A stretch of DNA of 64,000 bases from NCBI GenBank assembly GCA_048013815.1, contig CM106586.1:13826001-13890000 (forward strand), read 5' to 3'. Source of the DNA: Setoptus koraiensis. Lineage: Eukaryota > Animalia > Arthropoda. Below are positions 1-11,942 of the stretch, in pieces; the first letter of the stretch is position 1, and each line of letters opens with the position of its first letter. Position numbers and translations under genes: made by a program. The notes below the pieces were generated by a model. That model saw only the letters and a program-made list of their open reading frames with translations, did not search any database and had not been told where the DNA came from.

Positions 1-186
1 ACAGGCGACCCCTTGCGGTAGGTATGCCCTGATCCCACTTCGGGTGAATACCGTTTTTCCCGCTTCGGGTTTTGCCGGTTTTCGGGCACTGTAGGGGGCG
101 CTGCGCGCCATTGAATACCAATGCAGGTTTTTGCCGCCACAGGCACAGTTTTCCCTGGGCAGTTTCGCTTGGGTCAGCCGGGTTAA
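1..186. mobile_element. Possible right end of a piggyBac-like DNA element (left end outside window)
   Basis: The first ~180 bp lack the microsatellites of the following DNA, carry repeated CGGGT/CCGGTTTT words, and end ...CAGCCGGG|TTAA (TTAA at 183-186). This matches the GGG|TTAA piggyBac end. No second end or transposase is visible. Confidence 0.25.
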
Positions 187-3100
187 AAACAAAACAAAAC
201 GGTTTGTAGCAGCAAACTCGAAGCGTCATCAATCAATATCCCAATTTGAGAATGATAATGATGATGATGATGCAATGCGATGAAATGAGATTGTATTTTA
301 TTGCACATGCCGTGTACATCGACCAGGTATATTGAACACACACACACACACAACTTTCGGCCGGTAGCATCAGGTGTCTCAAGGTAGCAACAGGTCAGCG
401 TGGATAGAGCAAAATTGGCTCACGTAACGTTTGCGATTTGCAACACTGCCGGACATTGCGTAAGCTGTCCGGTGTTTTTCGCAAGCGCAAGTGAGTCTCA
501 TCTTCCTGTTTGCTGCTACTGTCCGCCTATTGGTCACTTTTGTCTCACTTTTTCTAGCGCTCGATCGGGATTAGGATGCTGGCGATCGGCAATCAGCTGA
601 CCAATGATGATGAGCCAGCATGGTTATAGTGGCCGGAGAGTGGCGATTGTTGTTGGCGAAAGTGATCCAATTGCGCGCATTGATCCAATTGGCTCAGCAT
701 GGGTTGCATAATAGCGTGGCTTGCATAATGGCCTGTGTGTCAAGTGGCTCGCTGCTACCTGTGGCCAGCGGAGCGCAGTCACATTAGCTTATTAGCATAT
801 TTGTTGGTCGTTGTTAGCACATTGGCTCGCCTGTGTGTATGTTACGTAATGTGTGTATGTTGCGCAATGTGTGTAGGTTATGCAATGTGTGTAGGTTATG
901 CAATGTGTGTGTGTGTGTGTGTGTGTCGCTATTATCCCGAAGCCGCATGGAAATATGGCGAGCGGCGAGCGGGCATTCGGGCTACTGGCCAAGCGGCCGT
1001 TTAGCGATAACGGTCGCCATGATAATGTGAAAAATGCGAAATCTGCGAGCAGTGCGACTCGCAAGCGAGCTATTCGTGTGTTGTTGCTGTTGCTGCTGCC
1101 GATGTTGTTGTTGCTGCTGCTGCTGCCGATGTTGTTGTTGTTGTTGCTGCTGTTGCTTCTGCCGGTTGTTGCCGGCGTCGTTGTCAGGGTGGAATTGATT
1201 TAATTTGATTTGATCCAGTGCACACTACTAATGACCCGACTCAACTGATCAATTTTGCTTTCTAATGTGACGCCAACTGCGCCACTCTCTGACAATTGCA
1301 GCAACAACAATTTTGCAGTTTGCAACAACCACGATGACGAGCCTGCCGGCACACAATAATGACAGGAAGAGTCCGCCTAATTTGCATATAATGAGCAAGC
1401 CGGTCATTTTTAGCGGCGAAATGGCTCAGCCGGCCTGTCGAACGGCCTTTCGCAAGCCAAGGACGAAAGGCAGGCAAATCGGCGACGACGACGATGCAAT
1501 TCAGTTTCAATTCTCCCGGCGCGATTGTAACTGTTGCCCAAATGTTGCCTTGTCTCTCTTGTTGTCAATTGAATCTGACTGACTCTCGACACACCAGTTA
1601 CCCGTTATTTGCCGCTCGGCCAGCCCGTCGCCGGCTCTCGTCATGGCCAATTATGTATGTACGGCACTCATTGCGTCCACTGTGCTCCTTTCTGCGACCA
1701 ACGAAAGTTTTCTCCTTTGGCAAGCTCGCTCTCTCTCTCGCTCTTGCCGATTGACGCCGAGCGAGCTGGCCAAAAGACCAAGCCAAAAGCTGGCCCAAAG
1801 ATCGGCCAGAGGAGAGTTTGTTTACTTTATTTGGTTGGTGGTTGGGAATATTTCTCGATGACGCGATGGCCACAATTTGCATGTTTGTGCGCGGCGCACT
1901 GTGCCGGACACGACGTCAATTAGCGCCAATCACGCCACCAATATTCACTCCGCTCATATGAACGAGCGGACCTTACCTGGCATGCATGCGATTGCGTCAC
2001 TGTGCCACTATATCGCCGGCTACATCGGCGACTGTCCATTGTGCAGGAGCCGAGAGTCGCCGTCTCGTCGTCGAGACGGCAAAAAACATTTGTTTTCGTG
2101 CCATTATCGGGCCGATAATTCAAGCTGCACAATGGTCGCTCGAACGCAGTCGCCAGTTCGGAGAGGATGGGGTTAAAGCCGAGCGAACAGCCGTTGAGCG
2201 CCATTATTTATTGGATCTTATTTACGGCTTTATTTTATTTATCGCTCGGCTTGCGTCCCGGTGCTGGCAGCAACAACAAACGGCAATTAGAGAATATTGC
2301 CAATAAAACGCCAAAACGCTCGATCGAGGGACTTTCGATGGGCTCGATCGTTTCGATGGTTTCGATGGTTTCGACGGGCTCTACGGGCTCGATTCGGGCG
2401 TGATGTGAGCGCAATGTGAGCGCCATTCGAGCGGCGCCGGCGACCCATTGGCGCACTCGGCGTCGCAATGTCACGTAAGCACGTTTGTTGCGCCATAATT
2501 TATGCATGCACTTTGGGCGGCCGGCAAATCAAAATCTGCCATTGCTGCAACCCGAAATTCGAGCATCGCAAGCTCGCAATTGTTGCGCAACGCACGACAA
2601 TTGCAAGCGAATGTATCGCTCATAGCCGATATATTAACGCCGATATTCGCCGTTTATACGGCGATCAATTTACAATCGTTGCGGATATTTGTTGTCGATT
2701 TTGGCTCATTTCGAAGCTTCTTCGGCCACGACTGGCCGCTTGCGTGGCCCACCGAGCGGCCAACCGGCCAACTGTCGGCTGTCGATCAAGCGGCCGTTTA
2801 GCAGTCGCTGGCGACTCAATGGACTGCGTGATCAATGAAAGTGTCATTGCTGCTATTGCATGTATCAATAGTATCAATATCGCCAATATTATCATTTGTG
2901 CCATTATTATCATTTGTGCCATTATTATTATTAGCATTGTTGCCATTGTTGTTGTTGCTGTTGTTGGCATCGCTGCCATTTGTATTGTTGGCGTTGGTAT
3001 TGTTGGCGTTGGTATTGTTGGCGTTGGTATTGTTGGCGTCGGTATTATTGGCGCTGTTACGTGACATTTGGCCGGCGACGGAAAGCGCCGTTTGTAAACA

Positions 3101-3294
3101 AGCGACGGGCTGTCAGTCAGGCCAGCGTTGGCCGGTTCGATGACCTGCCCATGCTAACAACCAAATTCACGAGTGAATACAACTATGCGACTGCCAGTTA
3201 CGCAATGGCCGGCGTAGCACGACAATCGGGCCATAATAACAACACCGCTCACGGTAGCCACTTGTATTGACACCTGATCATATCAACTTGCAAC

Positions 3295-3362
3295 TTGTTG
3301 TTGTTTGTTGTTGTCGTTGTTGTTGTTGTCGTTGTTGTTGTTGTCGTTGTTGTTGTTGTCGT

Positions 3363-3394
<32 letters not shown>

Positions 3395-3421
3395 CTGTTG
3401 TCGTTGTTGTTGCCGTTGTTT
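3295..3421. repeat. (TTG)n microsatellite with periodic TCG interruptions (15-bp TTGTTGTTGTTGTCG higher-order unit)
   Basis: Read directly from the sequence. It produces the spurious poly-T/Q/C/L ORFs in the ORF track. Confidence 0.95.
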
Positions 3422-6400
3422 GTCGGCCGTTGCAACAACAGCAACACAACTGACAGCCATCTGTCAGTGTGTGTGTCTAGTAGCTAACAACTGGCATCAA
3501 TAATTATCATTGCGTCGCCTAGACACACAACAGCTGACAGCTAACAGCTGTTCGGGCTGAGGTGTAGGGGGTATCATTATTGCGAGCTGGCCAGTATTTA
3601 CTATTACTGGCAACCAATAGCTACCAATGGCTGAAATAGTGGCCAGAATTCAGCTAAGATCGCTCGCCTAACTTGTCATTTTGCTGTCTTGTGTTCCATG
3701 TCGCATGTAATCCGAGATCTGGATACAGTTTCTGGTTGCAACGATTGGCGCCAGATACGGTCTCTTGTGCAGCTTCGAAATCTCTTCGGGAGGCACGCAA
3801 CTGCGGCTAGCTAGAGCTGCAAACACTTTTTGCGCGCCATTTAGTGATACTGATTGAGAATCGCACAAAATGAGCCAAAATGAGCCAAAATGAGCGCTGC
3901 GGAACGAGTGTTACCAAGTGGGTATTACGCAACAAGCACTGCGAAATGAGCGCCACGAAATGAGAATTTGCCACCATTATCCGTTTCGCCTTTATCCGCC
4001 TCCGTCCACCTTCGTCCACTTTTATCCGCTGGCCACTGTCGGCCGGTGTTATCCGGCAGTCTTTGCAGGCGCTTGTTTTTGCCGGGCTGCTGAATATTAA
4101 GAGCTGGCTCGTAATATTCAACGGTTGCAAACAGCAGTGGGCCGCTCGTATATCATGCCGCTTGTATCGTACCTAAATAGTAGCGCCGGCTATTTATGGT
4201 TGCGCGGCTAGAGCCGAGCGATAGTCCGACAGCGCCGATTGGGTATCGCTCGTTGGCGATCGCCGGCCAATCGTGCCCGTTAGTTGGCTAACTAGCAATT
4301 TATTCATAATCACATCCATACCCATGGGCATATTGCATATTGCCTGGCGCTCGTTGCCTCGAACGCACTTAGAATCACAGCGGAGCTTCGAATGACCATT
4401 TCGGCTCCGAACGGCCGCTTCGAAGGGCCACTCGCCCGCTTGTTAACAGTTATCGGCTTGCAGTGGTCTGTTGTTACAAACAAACGGCTCGCCAGTAACG
4501 GTGCGCACCGCATCGTTGTCTAATTGATTTTGTTGCAGTTGCCGGCCGGCCGGCGAGCCAGTTTCAGTTTCGATTTTGATTTCTATTCCGATTTCGAATC
4601 CGATTTTCGTTCGGTGCCGGCTGCAAATTCAATTTGCGACCTTAGACATTTTGCCATTTCAGTGTTCGTTTTCGCCCTGTTGCCATTTGGGGTGGCTCGC
4701 GCTTTTCGAGCCAGCCAGCGACCTATCAATGGGAGCCGTGTCTCGCTATGGGTCCGGTCGCTAATGAGATGCCTCCTGCGAGCAGGCAAATCTCTCAGCA
4801 GTGATTACCGACGATTATCATTACTTACTAACTGGTTATTATTATCGCAATCGCAAGCGTTGCGCAAGCACAACAACCAACGATACTAATGCTATGATAG
4901 TAACTTATTATTAATAAGCATCGATGCTAGCTCGCCACAGCGGCCAGCCGATGCCGGCACAACCGTGGCCATGATACGGCCAAATGATGATGGCGAAACA
5001 TGGACGCACCATGATTACATGTTACATCACAAGTTAGTTGCGTCATTGACGAAAGTGAGCTCGCTTGTGGGCCAATTTTGTTGCGTTTCGTTCGTTTGAG
5101 TGGTCGCCCAACCGACGATGATATCGCTGCGCCGCATCGCTCGCAATCCATCAATATCAATTGCGGCCATAATTAGCATCGGGCTGCTGTCCGCCGGATG
5201 GCACCGAATGCGCTCCAACGTCGACCGCGCCGACCCGGCACAGCCCAATGGGCGACCCGTCCATGTCCAAGTGTCGGCGCGCAAATCTCACGCCGCACTC
5301 GTCGGTCACATCGACCGTCGATGATCGACGGCGCCACGATTAGAATCTCATCGGATACCGGCGTTCGCAGCAATTGCAGCGTTCGCAGCGTTTGCGGCAT
5401 TTTCAGCGATTGCCAATTCCCAACGACGATCGAAGCAAATCGTCGGTGCGATTCCCGCGCTGGCCGCTCGCTTCGATCGCTGCGCCGGCCAGCCCGACGA
5501 CGAGACCGGCTCCATTTGCGAAAGTGCGAGCGTCGCGCTTTTTTGCTTGCGTTTCCGCGCGCCGTCAGGTCAAATTTCCGGCGGGGCGCGCCATGCGAAA
5601 GGTCGCCACCGACCGATATCGATGCTGGCCAGCGTCGGCCGCTCCGATGGCGGCCACTCGGCGGGCGCCTGTCGTGACAATATGACTGTCGGCGCAATCG
5701 CCGGAGCGTGTATGTGCGTGTGACAGTTGCGCAAGGTCGCGGACAGGGCGACCGCGGTGACATGGGCGATGCAAAATCGGCCGGCCGAAATGCATCTCGG
5801 CAGCGTGTCGGCCGGCCGTGATGCGGTGCGCTCGTCTCGCCGAGCGCCGTCGGGCGCCGCATATCAAGCCGCACAGCGAGCCAAATAGCCACTGGCGACA
5901 CGCAACGGCCGACAGGTGACAGGCGAGCCGCAGAGCCGGAGAGCCGCGGAATTGCGTCGGCCGGGCAGGCGCACGAACAAGCGAACGGCCGGTCGGCCGG
6001 TCGGTCGCGGCCGGGTCGTCGGGTCGTCAACTGGACAGCAGGCGCCGGCGGTAGGCGCCCTGTGGCACCTGCCACTACCTGTTCACACGAGGAGCCCGCT
6101 CGCTGGACGGCGCTGTCGTCGATTGTGTGTGTGTGTCGCTCCATTGACCAGTGTGGGTAAATGGACAAACGTTGTTGCGAGCGAAACGCAAACAACAATG
6201 GCCGTCGCTGTTGTTGTTTATTCAATTTGCAATTATTTTTTGTGTTGGCTCTTGTGCGCCACTTGTTGCTTGTTTGCATTTTAATAGCTTGTCAATAGTT
6301 TGACGGCTCGCCAGCTGGCCACTCGACGCCGCTCACCTGTGCCCTCTGCGCGCTCACCTGTGCCCGCTCGCTTCCTCTCGGCCGCTCTCAGTCCGCTCTC

Positions 6401-7080
6401 GGCCCGCTCTCGGCCCGCTCTCGGCCCGCTCTCAGGTGAGCCGAGGGAGCTTGCCGGATGATGCTGGCAAAGTGCGCCGGGCAAACTGACACACTCAATG
6501 GACAACAAGCGAGAGTGCGCATTGTGCCGTGCCTCGGGCCACTAGTGACGCGGCTGCCCGATTGAGTTTGCCCTCAATCGCATCCAGCGATAATAACACG
6601 ATTGACGATGTCCAAACATTTGTAGCTATCCAACGGCTGCCGCTGCCAACTTTGCTCTCGGCCGCTCTTGTCCGGCTCTTGTCCGGCTCTGGCCAGAATT
6701 GCGCGCACAATTTTTTGCGCTTGCAACAGCCGCCGGGCCGCCACTGACCGACTTGAGTCAAGAGCCGCTGGCCGGCCGACGGGACGGGACGGGAAGGCCG
6801 ACGGGATGGCTGACCAGCGGCTGATCGAACAATGGCCGGCAACAAATCAGCGGCGCCGGGCTGGCTGCGGATCTTTCATCGGCGGTCAGCGCCGAGCGAG
6901 ACTTATCAGATTGTTGCTGTTGCCGGTGTTGTTGTTGTTGCTGGCAGGGCAACAATTAGCCATTGGTCGCGGACAGCTCTGCGCTTAAATGCAAGCTGAT
7001 GCAACGAATTTGTTTGTTAGTGGCGACCGGCGAGCCAACTTTGCAATGCAAACAACAATGACGCACCGTCAGCGGCCACG

Positions 7081-7170
7081 GCAGCAGCAGCAGCATCAAC
7101 AGCAACATCAACAACGGCAACAACAGCGGCAACAACAGCGGCAACAACAGCGGCAACAACAGCGGCAACA
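7081..7170. repeat. CAG/CAA microsatellite plus 12-bp GGCAACAACAGC tandem repeat
   Basis: Read directly; about 4.5 copies of the 12-mer at 7116-7170. Confidence 0.9.
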
Positions 7171-7929
7171 ATTGGAGTGACTGCGGATAAAAGTGAACGC
7201 GAAACGGCGAATATTTGGCAACATATTTCGCAATATTTGCCAACATTTCGGACAGGCAAACTGTGCCCACTGTCTTGCCATAAAGGTCTCGCCACTATGG
7301 TCTCGCCATCATGGTCTCACTATTCGCCACTACGGTCTCGCCACTACGGTCTCGCTGTTATGGTCTGGCCATTATGGCCTAGCCAGCTAGCGCCTGCGAT
7401 GCATCGGCGGATGTTGCCAAGGTAATCATAGTAATTAACTGGCCTGCATAATGGGCAGCATGGCGACGGCTCATCATTATCGTGGCCCATGTAATGGCGT
7501 ATGTAATGGCGCATGTTTATTATTGTTATTATTATAGTGTGTGTGTAGTTAAACTCCTACTCCTTGCCACACAATGGCCACACAATTACCTGTGGCCCGG
7601 CCCGTTGTCTCGCCATCGGTTTGTTGCATCATTTGCTGCTGGCCGCGTCCGTCCGTCCGTCTGTTTATCGCCGTGTATCGCCGTGGCCGTGTCGCTGCAT
7701 CACTTGCGATGACGCGCTGACCATTGGCCAGAATTAGAACATGGGCACCGGTCATGGGGGCTCGCCTATACAAACAGGCCGGCGAGCATACTGAGCCGCG
7801 TAAATCATTAGCGGATAAATCATTTTTATGCGTGTGCCAGCCGCGATCAAGATTATGCGCGATTGCCCGCTCTGGCGATAGCACTGGCGATGGCCGGTAT
7901 TGCCCGCTATAACCGTATTGCCGTATTAA

Positions 7930-8000
7930 CCGCTCGCCAGTTAACCGCTCGCCAGTCATCCGCTCGCCAGTCATCCGCTCGCCAGTCATCCGCTCGCCAG
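7930..8000. repeat. 15-bp tandem repeat CCGCTCGCCAGTCAT x5
   Basis: Copies start at 7930, 7945, 7960, 7975 and 7990. Confidence 0.9.
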
Positions 8001-8240
8001 AGCTATCCGCCCGTTATTAGCCCGTACGAGCGACGGGCCGTCGCGGCAATCGGGCCGGCCCGACGGGCCGGCGAGCCACAATCGTGTTTGCGACGGCGGC
8101 CCGTGGGTGCCCATCGGCCGCCGTTGCTAGCGCACAGGCACACAATGGCGATAGTGAAACGGCCCTTTCAAATGCTCACGCCGGGCCAACGCTCAACTGG
8201 CCAGGCCATAAACGGACCCTGGCGGTGCTTTATGGGCTCG

Positions 8241-8457
8241 CTATATTTAGAGCGCAGCGAGCAGTCCGATGGCGGCCAAACGGTTTGGATGTCGCTCACA
8301 ATTCAATCTCGGCTGGCATCTGCGCCGTCCGACAGAGTCTGTCTCTGTTGCGCAAGCTCGGCGCGCTCTGCAAAACTCTTGTTCTCACTCATGACGTAAT
8401 GTATCGCCGGCCAGCGGGCTTAGCGTTAATCTAATACACAGAGTGTGCTAAATATAG
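8241..8457. promoter_or_regulatory. Pair of MEF2-consensus sites (YTAWWWWTAR)
   Basis: CTATATTTAG at 8241-8250 and CTAAATATAG at 8448-8457, each followed by AGCGCA. Motif match only. Confidence 0.25.
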
Positions 8458-9565
8458 AGCGCATGTGATATTAGAGGCGATGACGCCGCATCACTTGGCA
8501 ATCACTTGGCAGCCGCCGATTGCCGGTCGCTGGGTCGGCGAATGAGCGACGCCAAGCTGAGAGACAATTCAATTTAACAGTTACTCAACGGTCGCTCGGC
8601 GCACTATTGGCCGCGGCTGGAACTTGCGTCAGATTATGCAGCCAGTGGCTGGCTGGCTATTTATGGGCCGGCTTCTATTAAAATCATTACGTAATATCGT
8701 GAGCGGCACTTGATCGCGTCACATTTGCATCGCTCATGCGCGCTAGTTAGCCCATCGCATGCCCAGTGGCGCTCACTGTCGCAGTTAGCAAACTCATCAG
8801 CGCTTGATTATATTAGTCAGCGTTTATATTTATAGAGGCGACACACAAACAAATCGCTTGACGATTGACTTTCGCGAAGGCTGGCCGTGCGTTTCCCGTT
8901 GCCAACTAATAATATCATTTGCGTATGTAGCGCACACAACATGTGGAGCGTTGGAAAGAATCAGAGCGACACTCATGAACTCATCTCTCGCTCGGCCGAC
9001 TCGCCGGGCCGGCTCGCTCAGCTGTGTCGCTCGCTTGACCACTTGTTGTTGTTTGAGTGGCTGCTGTTGTTTGAGCGGCCGTCTTTGCAGTTGGTGTCGC
9101 TGTTGGCGTCGTTGTTGGCGTCGCTGTTGCCGTCGCTGTTGCTGTTGTTGTTGCAGTTGTTGCAGCACCAACAGCAGCAGCAACAACAGCAACAACAGCA
9201 GCACAACTGCCGCGGCGCACAATCGCAGCAGCGCCAACAAGTGAACAGGTGAAGCAACAGGTGAAGTGCATCAGCAGCAACAGGCCGCCGCCGCCGCCGC
9301 ATAATCAGCCAGTGACAATAATTTGATGCCGCCGTCGCTGTCGCTGTTGGTAATGAATAAAATGCGCATGAAACAGCATGAGTTGCTTGCCACTCGGCCA
9401 GCCAGCGCGCCAGCTAAAAAAGTGGCAATGACGCAATCCGATGCCACTTGAATCACTTTTTCCAGCCAACACACTTGTCGGCCTCACTCACCTAAAACGT
9501 CGCTGGCTTGTCAGTGAGTCGGTGTTTTGTTGCCTGTTGTTGCCACTGAGTAGCCGACACTGGCC

Positions 9566-9622
9566 ACTAGCAGTCGCTGTTGGTACTAGCAGTCGCTGTT
9601 GGTACTAGCAGTCGCTGTTGGT
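9566..9622. repeat. 19-bp tandem repeat ACTAGCAGTCGCTGTTGGT x3
   Basis: Three perfect copies. Confidence 0.95.
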
Positions 9623-10180
9623 CGCCGGCAGCCACTAGCGGCCTCTAGTAGCCAGCTCCACTTGTGTGCACTGTCACTTGTCACTGGGTGCCGATACCCG
9701 TGTCAAGCTATGTAAAGTGCATGTGCCCACAATGCACATGCAGCTCATGCGCATGTGACGCAATGTGTCAAAAAAGCGTCCTCGCAGGTCGTCGCTCTCA
9801 CCTGTGCAACCAGTGTGAATGACACTGGCAGCGCCACTCTATACTATAGAGTCAACTGACAGCACTAACACTGCCATTCACTGTGGTGGCCATTCAATAG
9901 TGATTCTCTGGCACTGATTTTACAAGGCCTACACTGGCCATTGCGTAACAGGCGCCTGTAGGTAGACGGCGCTCAGGTGAGAAACTGGCCACTGGCGACC
10001 GATCCGAAGTCGTCGCGAAGAGCAACCGTGCCGAGAGCGGTGTCAGCAGTGGACAGCAGATATAAATAAATGGGCATACAAATGAGACAAACAGCCAGCC
10101 AGCAACAAGTGCTTTTGATGGCACGAAAAAACAATGCTCCAATTATTACAATTGCGCAACTTTAATCCCATTCGAGCAAC

Positions 10181-10219
<39 letters not shown>

Positions 10220-11838
10220 TGCTACGGGCGACTTGCGTAATGCAAGTTGCATTGCTTTGCTCTTTGCTCGCTCGCTTGCAATCCTGCACGTCCCAAAACC
10301 TGTGCCACTATGACGCGTTCACGCGTCGCGTGCGGTGTGAGCCATATTTAATTTGCACCCTGCACTGTCTGCCAAGACACCGCCATGACACATGCAGCGC
10401 AACGGCCACTGCTAATTAACATTGTCGATGCAATACAGTGACATATAACGGACACCGTCGACACCTTGGCACAAGGCCGGCAGGACAGGCGAAAAATAAA
10501 CCGTCACGAATATTGCGTATTGCCACAATTAGATTGGATGGCCCCACTGAGTAGGGCGAAAAATTATCTGCTTTTGGGCAGATATTTGCGGGCAACTTGG
10601 CTCGGCTTAATCGGCTTTTAATTGTAGCTTGTTGATTAGATGGGCTGATAGATGGAACTGGCACACACTGGCGAACGCGTAATTGAAGGCCGAGCGCCCA
10701 TGCCGCAGATCGTCGGGGCTCGCGACTTGGCGCCCTTCAATGGCGTTCACGTTGCGCTAAATTAGTCGAATTAGTCTAATTAATGGCTGGCCGGCCGTGC
10801 TGGCTACTAATGACTCATTAGTGACGAGCACAACAAAGGACATAAATAAAATAAAAATAAATACAATGCAATACATAACAACAATACGAGCTACACAATA
10901 AATGCTTGCCACGACACTTGAGCGCGCACGGCAATAAATGGCAATGAGACAACAATTCCGACAGCCCCTTTTTGAGCCTGCCCAATTGAGATATTAGTCG
11001 GACTGGCAATAATGCCAATGTTTGTGGCAATTGTGTCGGATCATCCGACAATTGTGAGCCCCAAGTGGAAGTGCGAGACGAGCGTAACTAACTCACTGTG
11101 CGCACTGTTCAACAATTACACAATAACGGACATAACGGCGAGCCCATTATCACTGCGTTGGGATAATTTAATTTAATTTTATTGCATTGCAACGGATTGA
11201 TTGCCGGCCGGCCGGCCGGCCGCTTGCAACGACGCCAATCAAATGGAACGGAGCGAGAGGGGATTTTATTGGCAACGAGCTCTCTCTCTGTCTAATCTAA
11301 TCTCGTTAGATCGAGAGTCTTATTAGAGATAATCTGATCATCTGATCAGGAAGAGATTGATCGATTGTAAACTATCGGATGAGTACGCAATTTCCTCCGC
11401 TGCAAATTGCACCCATGCTTTTCCTGAACCCGGCCACGACAAACTGGCTACGATTTGACCAGCCAGCCAGCCCGACCTCAACTGCAGTTCGTGTGAGCAG
11501 CTCGGCAATTGGCTCGCCAGTTTCTCTGCCGGGCTTGTCAGCGACTTGATTGGCGTATTGATTGGCTGATTGGCTGATTATTGATTGGTTGATTGGTTGA
11601 TTAGTGAGAGTGTGAGAGTGGCATTTCGACGTCCCTGTCGAAGGCAAAGTCGGAGGCCGCCAACTTTGCATTGAATTCGCTCGGCACAGTCGGCTTATCT
11701 CGTCAGCTGTTATTATTATTGTTTTCCTTGTCAGTGCAATGATAATAAAATACAATGTGTGATGCAATGTTGGTTGGCCCAGTCATAATAAAATGACGGC
11801 CGCTAATAAATCCACTCCGGACCCACTTGAGCGATACC

Positions 11839-11942
11839 ATCAGCTGATATCTGCCAAAAATCAGCCGATATCTGCCCAGAATCAGCTGATATCTGCCCAG
11901 AATCAGCGATATCTGCCAAGAGTCAGCCGATATCTGCCATAT
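11839..11942. repeat. 21-bp tandem repeat ATCAGCYGATATCTGCCMARA x5
   Basis: Five imperfect copies; copies 1 and 3 contain CAGCTG. Confidence 0.9.

Noticed and set aside
5713-5727. TGTGCGTGTGACAG, a 14-nt match to miR-210
   Set aside because: The 3' end diverges, only a short bulged stem (about 12 bp) can form, and TG-rich matches are common here.
5173-6279. 368-aa ORF on the minus strand and overlapping long ORFs at 5.0-6.3 kb
   Set aside because: Arg/Pro/Ala/Ser-rich composition with several frames open at once, as expected from GC-rich CGG/GCC-rich DNA. No domain pattern.
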